A stretch of DNA of 64,000 bases from Octopus bimaculoides (taxonomy: Eukaryota). Where the stretch lies: contig NC_068984.1 in assembly GCF_001194135.2 (NCBI RefSeq), positions 122,206,996 to 122,270,995 on the forward strand, in the 5' to 3' direction. The notes under the pieces are model-generated. The model searched no databases, was not told the origin of the DNA, and worked only from the letters and a program-made list of their open reading frames with translations. Positions 24,111-35,071 of this stretch are shown here, piece by piece. Both the position numbers and the translations under genes were made by a program. Within the stretch, counting starts at the first letter, position 1; every line of letters begins with the position of its first letter.

Positions 24111-27100
24111 TTGCATCTCCTTTGTCTTGCTATAGCATGATTGCTGTAAAACAGCTGTTACCATCATACAAGCAGTGTCTTTCATTTGCAATCTTCTGTG
24201 AATACAAGTCTGGCCATGAGGAAATATTACCTTGCTTGGAAACAGGTGAGGGCTGGTGACAGGAATGGCATACAACTGTAGAAAATCTGCTTCAGCAAAT
24301 TCCAGCTGACCTGTGCAAGCATAGAGATGTGATGGTAAGGTATAAATGTATGTGTGAAGGCGACGAGCTGGCAGAATTGCTAGCACACTGAGCAAAATGC
24401 TTAGTGGCATTTCATCTACCTTTATATTCTGTGTTAAATGCTGCTGGGGTTGACTTTGTCTTTCATCCTTTCAGGGTCAATAAAATAAGCACCAGCTGAG
24501 CACTGGAGTTGATGTAATCAACTTGTACCCTCCACAATGCTGACCTTGTGCCAAAATTTGAAACTGATATGTGTGGATGTATATATTTATATACATACAT
24601 ACACACATCTTGATAATTTTCAGTTCCATTTGGCTTTGGAGGTTTCTATTATTAGCTGATAGACAATTTGTGTGTGTGTGTATGTGTGTGTAAATGTTAA
24701 CGAGCAAGCAAAATGCTCTTTCATGCTTTTTTCTTTTTACATTTTTTACAAATAAAAAGTTCATTTTGTATTGTCTTTGCTCACTCTATGATCATGATTT
24801 GATCTCAAGACAATGTGCTGAATTTCAGCACATTTTCTTTCTGTTCATTATTATGATATGCTGTTACAGATAATTCCTATTTGAACAATTTGGTTCCATA
24901 AGCAAGTAACTTATACTAACTCTACTCATTTAAATGTCTTCATAACTCTCCCTGAATATCTTGTAGCTTTTTACTTTATTTTCTTCCTTTCAACATGCAT
25001 TAGCAAATTTCATTTTTATAAGTAACCTTGTGTGAAGAATTCTCGCTTCCTTATTTAGCAGCTTTTTATGACCCTTGAAAGTTTGTTTTGAACTTCGTTC
25101 TAGATCTTTTTTTTTTTTTTTTTAAGGAAGTGCACAGTCATATGAATTGACCATCAATATTTTATAAGTTCTTAGTTTGTCAACTAGGTTCCTTCTTTTG
25201 AACTCAGAAAAATCCTGATACATTTACTCTGATATTTTGCTTCACATATCAAGTTATTTTGCTTCACATATCGAGTTATTCTGCTTCACTCTCAGAAATG
25301 TAATTGGGTATCATAATTCTCAATACAACAATAAAAAACAAAATCCTCTGAAGCTAGATTTTTGTTGTTTGTACAAATGATATAAAAGAGCATAATTGCT
25401 TTGGAATTTCTCTCATATAAGTTTTGATAAATTTTGATTTGGTAGACTTTGTTGCTAGGATAAAAATATATTTAATAGCTTTTGTTGTATTATTTTGGAC
25501 ATTCTAAAATTAGTATTATTGTCTTTCTACAGAGCTCTATAGTGACACCAACTATTAGGTAACTGATTGTTTAAAAGCAAACTCCAGTAATGGTCTACAT
25601 TCAATATATTACTGATATGTATGTAATCAACTTCACAAATTACCGTTGGTAAGATTTGAACTGAGAAAGTCAATAAGTAGTTTAATTATTTAATGTTGAG
25701 CTTTATACATATGAAATATGTTCAATAAGTAATGAAAATTTATGAATGGACATACGCTATTCTATGATTATATAAGGTAATCCTTATATACTCTTAGGAA
25801 ATTTAAAGGATAACAAATAAAACAAAATTTCAGGAACAATGTAAAAATTCTTGTAAGGCCTGAATACAGGTTTAGGAGGCTAGAGATACGCATGATGCAA
25901 GAGTATTAGAAATGGAAGACGGTTTTTAAAATGTTCAAGGTCTTTGATGAGAAGATTTCAAGCTTAGAGAAAACTTTTATAAATAGCATTGCTTTTAAGA
26001 AAGCTAATAGTAGTTATTACAAACAATAGTATAGTTGAACTGAAGGTCAAAGCTATCATCTATTTCAATAGTTTTTTTTTCTTTTTTGCTCAAAGTTGTC
26101 TTAATTGAAATGTTAAAATGAGTTTGTTCTACCAGACTGTTGTAGCCCCACTAATCCTTTCACCACTTTAATTGTGAAAGGATTGATGGGCATCTAATGA
26201 TTGGAATGATCTGTTCTTGATCACTTCAATGAAGCTGATTCCAAGAGAGAGGGAAAACACCCATTGAACTTGACTAGTACATTATTTTACAACCTTGAAG
26301 GGATGAAAGATAAAATCAGTTTGGCAGTATTTGGACTTTGAAGGCATAGAGTGCCAGAATAAATACATTTTACCCAATGTTCTAAGAACTCTGCCAATAC
26401 AAATTCACTGCTTGCACCATAAAAGTTAGGAAAAACACTCTTATAGTAGGCTGTTTTGGTTTCCATAAAGTGGAGTTTAGGGGTTTAGGAATTAGAAAAT
26501 AATTGCCATAATAATAACAATGTTCTACATTTGTTTCCTGATAATTGTGAGAATAGATTAGTTGCTTTACATTCATCTAGTTCAGCATGTCACTTGCTTC
26601 AGTGGCATATACACTTGCATCAAAATACATAATGAAATCTATTTGTAGTTCATTTTGCTTCACTCCCTTTAAAAAGAAAATAAACCTTTAAAGGAGCTTC
26701 TCCTGAACAAAATACTGCAGCTTTGCAAAATACTGCACATATTACTAATACATACAGTAAGTGTGTGTGTGTAATCATTGCCATTTTATGTCCATTTTCC
26801 ATGTTGGCATTGATTAGATGGTTTGACAGAAGCTGGCAAGCCAGAGGACTCTGCCAAGCTCTAAAGTCTGCATTGGCATAGTTTCTATGACTGGGTGCCT
26901 TTTATATGGCACCAACATCAGTGAAGTCATTAAGCAATGTGACTCACCAGTCAAGAGTCCTTCAAGGGGTTGGATATATTGTGTGTATGTGTGTGTACAT
27001 ATATATCTGTAAGGTGGTTGGTGTTAGGAAGGGCATCCAACCATAAAAACCCTGCCAAAACAGTGAAGCCTGGTTTTATGCTTAGCCAGCCCCTGTTAAA

Positions 27101-27339
27101 CTGTCCAACCCGTGCCAGCATGGAAAGCAGATGTTAAATGATGATGCGTACACACACGCGCTTGTACATGTTTGTGTGCTTGTATGTATATAGTGAGAGA
27201 GAAGAAGATAAGAATGTGTTGAGATGTTGGAAAAGATATTGGAAGAGAGGCAGTGGTAGTCAAAGACTGAAAGCAGCAAGAGCTTCGCAACCACCACCAC
27301 TGCTCTTATTTTAGTGTTCTTTTTGCCATGCTTGTATGA

Positions 27340-27940
27340 GAGTGGGTTTTCTCTAACACTACATGCTGCAAACCTAGCAATTCTTTGTCATCGTTTTTGT
27401 TAGGCCTAGCATCTTGAGATCAGTCTTTATTACTTCATCCCATGGCTCTCTAAGTTTTTCTTTTTCATAGATTCCATCCACTTTCAGTGCTCATCACTTT
27501 ACACAGCTGTCATTATCAATATTCATCACATGCTTATACCAATGTAGTCTTCTCTCTTGCATGCTGCATCTAATTCATTTTATAATCATCATTTTTCTCT
27601 GCTCATCTATAATCCATCATTACATTTCTTTCCTTTTCTGTTTAACATAACTTAGTCTTGGGTAAATCTATTTTAAGCTCCTTCAGTTCTAGCTTTTGTT
27701 CCATGTCTAGAATTTCTTCTCTAAATTGTCCACAGATTCTGCTGTAAGAACAGGGTTATCAGCATAGGAGAGTTCCCACTGGCAACTAGTCATAAACTCC
27801 TTTATTATAATAAACAGAAGTGGGCTGAGGACTGAGCCCTTGTAGATCCTTACTTTCATGCTAAATTCTTCACTGAACTTGCTCACTCTTTCTTGGCTGA
27901 TTGCATCTGTATGCAGCTTGTATAACTCTTCACAAACTTT
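27340..27940 (-). mobile_element. RTE LINE RT relic
   Basis: Minus strand ...EFMTSCQWELSYADNPVL..., a degenerate WELLYADD motif similar to the 7780-8885 copy. Confidence 0.65.
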
Positions 27941-28979
27941 AACGTTATTGTTGGATTGATGGAACCTGTCAGTTTGCAGTGCATGTACTTGTTAGGCAGG
28001 AAACTTTTGATCCAAGTGCTTAATGATGGATAGAGCTCATGGTTGGACAAAGTAGCTAGATGGTTATCAAGCTAGGTATGATTGCCTTTACTGATATCAC
28101 ATAGAATAGCATTAATTTTGATTAGTTTTCAAGCAGAACATTGTATCCATCCATCCATCTTCTCTGTCTGCTATTCCTGGGAGGGGGGATCATGGGGGTA
28201 GAGTTCTCAGACACCTCCTCTACAAGGCCCTATCATTAGACTTTCCCTCTGGATTCTCAACTATAACCAACTGAGACTATGGATATTATTCAATCATCTC
28301 GTTTTTGGTCTACCACTAAGTGTCTTGCCAGTTGAAGAATCCTGCCACATTGGAATTACATATCCATAGTAACCTCTCAATGTAGAGAAATTGTGGCTTG
28401 ACCTGGAGAAACTTCCGGATTTCTGAGCAACTTGAGATGGTTTCCTTACGTAAAGTACTGGAGTAAATGTTTCACAGTATTTACTTTTGGCCCTCTATAT
28501 TCTTCTTTAAAATGTTACTGGGACTACTCTTGTTTTTCATCTCTTTGAAGTATCTCTTAGGATATTCTTCACTCGTTTAGAATCTATACTGCTATTGATT
28601 CAATTGTCTATAAATTCTCATTTTCAAATATGCAGCTTTGTGCTAATGATTAACTCGTTTTGATTATATATCAGAATATATTTTCATTTTATAATTTGAA
28701 AATAGTTCTCAATTTTACAATATTTTATTTTTTGTGAGCTTTACTCAGATCTTATTGACTGCAAATAATTTAAGAACATATCATCTTTTATTTTGTTCTG
28801 TTTTTAAGAAAGCCTTTAACAATTATAACTTATTTCAATAGTTGTTGACTTTGAAAATAGTTTTCATTTATAACTTGCTCTTGTTTATGATTTTTTGTAG
28901 CTTTTAATACAATGTATTTATGTTGGTACAGTGGTTGAGTCATTGCAATTTAATGTTATTAAATTTTTCTTCTATTTAG

Positions 28980-29155
28980 GATAAAAAATGGAATAAAAGT
29001 GAAAAACAACGTTTCCGAGAAGAAGCAGAAATGTTAAAAGACCTACAACATCCAAATATTGTACGGTTTTATGATTCATGGGAAGAAACCAATACCCGAG
29101 GTCGAAAAATAATTATTCTAGTAACTGAACTGATGACTTCTGGGACACTGAAAAC
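28980..29155 (+). CDS. WNK: WNK exon 2 (kinase N-lobe)
   Basis: ttctatttag|GAT; [58 protein letters not shown](T); AC|gtaagt; 176 nt, phase 0 to 2. Absent from the ORF track. Confidence 0.97.
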
Positions 29156-29359
29156 GTAAGTTTTTCTTTATAGTAACATATAACCAACTGCACACCCCAA
29201 AACTACCTAAACATCTGTACCTCCCAGTAAGACTAACAATCCCTATAGCATACATAGAACTGTATATAATAAACGAACAGCATCTTTAAAAATTTTTACA
29301 CCAACACCTACAATTCTATAAACCTAGAAGTTAAGACATTACTGCTGAACTTGGAATTG

Positions 29360-29423
<64 letters not shown>

Positions 29424-29458
29424 AGCTATGAGTATTTTTTTTCTTTTTCTATTTCTAG

Positions 29459-29679
29459 ATACATCAAAAGGTTTAAAAAAATAAACATCAAAGTATTAAA
29501 GAACTGGTGTCGACAAATTCTTAAAGGACTTCTGTTTCTTCATACTAGAACACCTCCTGTGATTCACCGTGATCTTAAATGTGATAACATATTCATAACA
29601 GGAACAACTGGATCTGTGAAAATAGGAGATTTAGGATTAGCCACATTGAAAAATAAGTCCTTTGCTAAGAGTGTTATAG
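29459..29679 (+). CDS. WNK: WNK exon 3 (catalytic loop, DLG motif, start of activation loop)
   Basis: atttctag|A; [73 protein letters not shown](G); G|gtatgt; 221 nt, phase 2 to 1. Confidence 0.97.
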
Positions 29680-30558
29680 GTATGTATTTTATGCTAATTA
29701 TATATTTATATATCTATATGTATATATAGATATATACAATATATATACATATATGGAGATATACTTTGTATTCATTTTGGAATTTAATAATTTGCCTTTC
29801 AGAATTTCCTTCACCATCAATTTGATTGTATTGTTATTATTTGTTTCATTTGAAAAATGCTAAACTATTTCAATTTTTTTAGAACTTTAGTGTGCACATT
29901 GCTTGTGATCAGCAGAAATTTTATCTTCAGTTTTTTTTTTTTTTTAATTGGTGTATTTTTCTTCAGTGGTAATTGTTATGGTTGCTTCAGACTAATGGTT
30001 TCGTTTTGAATATTATAAACAATATTTATAGCTATCAATTTTTAACGTTGTATTACATTGGATCTAGAATTGTATTTTTTTTTTTTAATATCAAATTCTC
30101 TCAAACTGAACATCAATTCATTTGTTGTTGCCATCACAAGCCCTGTGTCATGCTGCTTAGTTTAGTTGAAAGGTTCCTGCCTGCAGTTATCAAGGGTGAG
30201 TTAAAAACCTATTGTTTCCCCATATATACATTTGTAAGATTTTTTTTTTTCACTTTAAAATTTATTTTTTTTTTTACAGTTATTAATACACTTGTATTAA
30301 TATTATTTTGTGGCTGTAATTATGCAGTTCTTTCTGTTTTGAAACAGATTTTCCCGTTAAATTGATTGTTACAGTAGGTGATACAAGAAGGTAAGACGTG
30401 GGGGTCATTCTTAGCTCTTGATTTTGCGCTAGTTTATTCTAGGACGCTGGACTCCTGGTGATTGCACTTGTACTAATGACCTTGTATTCCCTCACGGTCT
30501 TTCCCTTTCTAGACTGCCGAGACAACATACAAAGACATCATCTTTGTATACTTTTAAG

Positions 30559-30716
30559 GTACACCTGAGTTCATGGCGCCCGAGATGTATGAAGAGCACT
30601 ATGACGAATCCGTGGATGTGTACGCGTTTGGAATGTGCATGCTAGAGATGGCCACGTCAGAATACCCTTACAAAGAATGTTCGAATGCTGCGCAGATCTA
30701 CAAGAGAGTCACCAGT
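30559..30716 (+). CDS. WNK: WNK exon 4 (P+1 loop/APE to subdomain X)
   Basis: cttttaag|GT; [53 protein letters not shown]; AGT|gtgagt; 158 nt, phase 1 to 0. Confidence 0.97.
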
Positions 30717-32494
30717 GTGAGTTACATATTTTAAGTATATTTTTTATAGCATTTCCTAAATGAGAATTTCTGACAGTGGGAAGGTATCTTCTGTTTAATG
30801 AACACCAGTTATCTTTTTTAGTTTTATTGTTGTAGTTTAGGGTCATACTGTCAACATAGTTAAGAAATTGTTGAATATATCAACAAAGTGGGAATTCTGT
30901 TTGCTTTTATCTTACACATTTTTTGTAGTTTCATTCTTAAAGAGAAAAGTGTTGTTTTCTTACTTAAGCCATTTATAAGTTTCTAAGAAATTGCCTCAGT
31001 ATTGTGAATATTTGAAAGGATCAGGAATGCTTGATGTTGCCCTCTTAATTTCGAGCTCTTGTTAAGTATACAGTTCTTTAAATTACTAATGGAATAATTC
31101 CTGATGTTAATGTTATTGATTGAATTTTTTCTGTGGTCGTTACATCAAAATATTGATGCATGAAAAAAAATAACAAACTACTACAATCTGTTAATTCCTC
31201 TAAATATTTGAGTTTGAACCTTATGTAATCCAATTTCTTTATCTACTTTTGATATTTGGCCATCTTTGCTGCTGTATTTATTGTAAGAAAGGAGTTGCAT
31301 TACATTAATCATTCTCAGAATTATTTCTTTGGCAGATTAGGTAACTGAATACAATTTCCATGATTGGTATCTTCATCCAAGTGTCTCCCGAGTATCAGTT
31401 GGTAACCAAATATTGTAAGATTGGGAGATAATTCCATGATCCCATTTGAGATAATTCTCAAAAAAAAAAAAAAAAGAAAAAAGCTTTATTATATAAAAGC
31501 AAAGTTTTTTGATCAATATTTATGAAAAACAATTACATATAGTAATTAAAATTTCCATATCAATTTGAAATGCCCTGAATGCAATAGTAAAATTTTCTTT
31601 CCCTCTTTTTTTTTAAGCTTAATTTTTTTACAAATAGTTTTAAGTTAGCTATTCTTATGTCTTAGCATTGAAAAGAAATTATACCTTGTAGCTTTTATTT
31701 GATTTTGATAAATCAGTCTAATCAGATAAGCTATATTGTTTGTTTAAAAAATGAGAAAAGAAAAATGGTTTTTCAATACCATATCTAGTGTTTTGATATG
31801 TAACTTTTTTTGTAGTACTCAGATTTGTATTTTCATATTAAACTACATCATATACTAATTATTTTGCAGTTATTTTCATTTTCTCTTGTCACAGAACTGC
31901 TGATGGCAGAACCGTCTATATTTTTATTTTCTTTTGTTTAATTCCAAATTTTTCTTTTGCAAACATTTCATTTTCAAATACAAGTGAAATGATTTCATCA
32001 AGGTGACCAAAAACATTCTACTTAGTTTTCTTTTCTGTTTTTTCTTTTCTTTTTTCCTTTTTTGTAATTTCTCTGTCAAGTAACATTATTTTAAAAAATT
32101 CTGTGTGAGGTAACATTATTTTAAAATGTTTTAAGAAATGAAACTTTCTAAATAAATTTGTCTTCATATGTAAAATAACTGAATGATTCCTCAGTAAGTA
32201 TTGAATACAAGTAGTAAATTGAATACATTCGGGATTAATAATGTTGTGGAAATTACTTTAGATTCAACGCTTAGATAGTCATTAATAATTTATGAACAAG
32301 TGAAAAAACAGCTTTCAGGGAAATATAATCGATCCCCCTTGCTAGACAACTGGTTTGTCTTTGTTGTAATGTTTTTTTTTATTCACTGTCAGCCATAAAA
32401 TTCAACATTCTTGACAAGATAAAGAACCCTAATGCTTATTTGAACTTAGTTATTAAATATAGTTATTCTCAAAAAAAAAAAAAAAAAAAAAAAA

Positions 32495-33054
32495 NNNNNN
32501 NNNNNNNNNNNNNNNNNNNNNNNNNNNNNNNNNNNNNNNNNNNNNNNNNNNNNNNNNNNNNNNNNNNNNNNNNNNNNNNNNNNNNNNNNNNNNNNNNNNN
32601 NNNNNNNNNNNNNNNNNNNNNNNNNNNNNNNNNNNNNNNNNNNNNNNNNNNNNNNNNNNNNNNNNNNNNNNNNNNNNNNNNNNNNNNNNNNNNNNNNNNN
32701 NNNNNNNNNNNNNNNNNNNNNNNNNNNNNNNNNNNNNNNNNNNNNNNNNNNNNNNNNNNNNNNNNNNNNNNNNNNNNNNNNNNNNNNNNNNNNNNNNNNN
32801 NNNNNNNNNNNNNNNNNNNNNNNNNNNNNNNNNNNNNNNNNNNNNNNNNNNNNNNNNNNNNNNNNNNNNNNNNNNNNNNNNNNNNNNNNNNNNNNNNNNN
32901 NNNNNNNNNNNNNNNNNNNNNNNNNNNNNNNNNNNNNNNNNNNNNNNNNNNNNNNNNNNNNNNNNNNNNNNNNNNNNNNNNNNNNNNNNNNNNNNNNNNN
33001 NNNNNNNNNNNNNNNNNNNNNNNNNNNNNNNNNNNNNNNNNNNNNNNNNNNNNN
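32495..33054. other. Assembly gap hiding most of WNK exon 5
   Basis: N-run directly abutting the exon 5 fragment. Confidence 0.9.
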
Positions 33055-33086
33055 GAACGTTCAATACAAACAAAAAAAGATGATAG
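33055..33086 (+). CDS. WNK: WNK exon 5, 3' fragment (5' part lost in assembly gap)
   Basis: Directly after the N-run: ERSIQTKKDD(R), aligning to vertebrate EGCIRQNKDER; AG|gtataa phase 2 matches the exon 6 acceptor. Confidence 0.8.
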
Positions 33087-33751
33087 GTATAAATGTATTT
33101 TTGTCGACAGTTTTATATTAGAAACCAGTTCTTGATATTTTATTATTTTTTTTCTTAATCAGTTTGTTCAAATTTATTGATCATTTTCTTCTACCATCAC
33201 TTTATATCCATCATTTCCATGCTGGCATGAGATAGGCAGGCCTTGTCATGTCTCTTCAATTATTGCAATCCTTGGTATGTGACATGCACAACAACAGTAA
33301 ACTTGTCAACTTTTTTTTTGTTTTGTTTTGTTTTGTTATATGTGTATGCCTCATTCTGTATTTTAAATAATATCCAGATGTGTGAAAGTGTTTCTAAATA
33401 TCTTTTTTCTGAAAGACATTTGCAGAAATATTTTTGATGTTAGACTTTTAGCTGAATTCTATAAAACAAATTCCAGTTTTTGTGTGCTTCACAAATTTGC
33501 TTATATTTTTCTCTTTATTTAAAAAAAATGGTCAACACAAGAATAATTATGTTCTTTTGCATTAAATGAAGCAAAAATGTGATCTTTAATAAAAAAAATT
33601 TCACTTTACGCTGTATGCATTTAGAACATGTTAAATGTGATAGAGCAATCTAATCCAAGCCAGTATGGAAAATAGATTATTAAACAGAATATTTTGTATA
33701 GTAAACTTATTTCATAATGGTTTTTTAACTTTTTTTTTATCATTCTACTAG

Positions 33752-33983
33752 ATATATGGTAAAAGAATTATTGCAGCTGAACTTCTTCTTAGAAGACACT
33801 GGTTTGAAAGTAGAGCTGGTTTCATGGCATGATGAAAATGATGTGGACAAAAGCCAAATTATTCAACTCCGCTTAAGAGTGGTGGACCCCAAGAAGCGAA
33901 AAGATAAACATAAAGAAAATGAAGCTATCCAGTTTGGCTTTGATTTAAAGAAAGATAGTCCTGAAGATGTAGCAAGAGAAATG
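33752..33983 (+). CDS. WNK: WNK exon 6 (kinase C-terminus and CCT1/autoinhibitory domain)
   Basis: ctactag|A; (R)YMVKELLQLNFFLEDTGLKVEL...KENEAIQFGFDLKKDSPEDVAREM with the FxF autoinhibitory motif; ATG|gtaaaa; 232 nt, phase 2 to 0. Confidence 0.95.
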
Positions 33984-34135
33984 GTAAAACTTTTCAAGCT
34001 TATTTTAAAAAATAAATGAACATATTTTGCATTTTACTTGTGTATGTATGTATATATNNNNNNNNNNNNNNNNNNNNNNNNNNNNNNNNNTATATATAAA
34101 GCATAATTAATTTTACTGACATGTTTATTCTAAAG

Positions 34136-34571
34136 GTGAAATCAGGATTTTTACAAGAGGAAGAAATTAGAATAGTAGGTAAACAAATTCGAGACCGAAT
34201 TTCTCAAGCTCGGCGTGATAATGAACGCAAGGCTGCTGAAGCCCAACAGAAGGCATCAGATGTTCCAAGCGGCCAAGATGGACAACCATCAACTTCTACA
34301 TCCCAAACTCCAAATATTCAGACCTCTCAAACACAATTACCTCTACAACCACAACAGATGGCCACACCTCATCAGTCACAGGGTCTGCCAACATCGCAAC
34401 CACCGTCTACTTCACAACCACCTCAGCAACCTACTGCTACTATAACAACAACAGCTACTACTACTACTACGTGTGCTACTACTACCACTACTACCACCAC
34501 CACCACTACTACTGGGACCACAGAGGGACATCAAGGTAACTTAGGCTCCCAGACAGAACATCCCACAGCTG
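34136..34571 (+). CDS. WNK: WNK exon 7 (end of CCT1, coiled coil, Q/P/T low-complexity region)
   Basis: ttattctaaag|GTG; VKSGFLQEEEIRIVGKQIRDRISQARRDNERK... then a poly-Thr tract. Two phase-1 donors: G|gtaact after 34535 and G|gtaatt after 34571, so the 3' end is ambiguous. Confidence 0.85.
34438..34515 (+). repeat. Coding (ACT/ACC/ACA)n microsatellite encoding poly-Thr
   Basis: TITTTATTTTTCATTTTTTTTTTTTGTT within exon 7. Confidence 0.9.
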
Positions 34572-35015
34572 GTAATTTTTATCCTTTATACATAACGTGT
34601 ATATTTATATGCGCTGTCATCTCTAGTTATTTTTGAACAGTTGAGAACCTTTGATGAATCACTTAAAATGTGAGAGAACCAGTTACAAAACGAACTCAGT
34701 TCATTGTCATGTTAACATTGATTTTTAACATTAATATTCTTTTAATTTCAATAATTAATATACTTTTCAAAATTAAAAAGAAAAATTTCATTTATAATAA
34801 AAATTGTACATATTTTTCTTTAAATCTTTCTGTATTCTATCCAATTTGTACCACCAAAAACAATTTTTATCCAAATCAGTGGATTATTGTGATTCTAAAA
34901 GATTTTCTTAATACTGTAACCAACACTGCATTATATTTTATCAGCATTTCATGATTTTTTTTAAGAAGCCAGTTTCCTTGCATTTTATGAATTTATCAAA
35001 CACATTTTATTTTAG

Positions 35016-35071
35016 TGAATGAATCTTCACATCAGCTTAATGAACCTATTGGACTAGCTCCTTCTCATAAG
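35016..35071 (+). CDS. WNK: WNK exon 8 (56 nt)
   Basis: ttttattttag|TG ... AAG|gtaagt; (V)NESSHQLNEPIGLAPSHK; supplies the phase 1 to 0 change needed between exons 7 and 9. Confidence 0.85.

Noticed and set aside
25233-25290. 22-bp tandem repeat (about 2.6 copies) as a CRISPR-like or regulatory array
   Set aside because: Head-to-tail slippage duplication with no spacers, in a eukaryotic intron; similar trivial duplications at about 32080 and 49150.
29031-29051. MLKDLQH versus vertebrate MLKGLQH as an A-to-I restorative editing site (GAC to GGC)
   Set aside because: As I recall, this position varies among invertebrate WNKs, and editing cannot be seen in genomic DNA.
29973-30365. 130-aa ORF in intron 3 as a separate gene
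   Set aside because: Low-complexity AT-rich translation; only the VERFLPAVIKG segment has splice signals and is reported as a microexon candidate.
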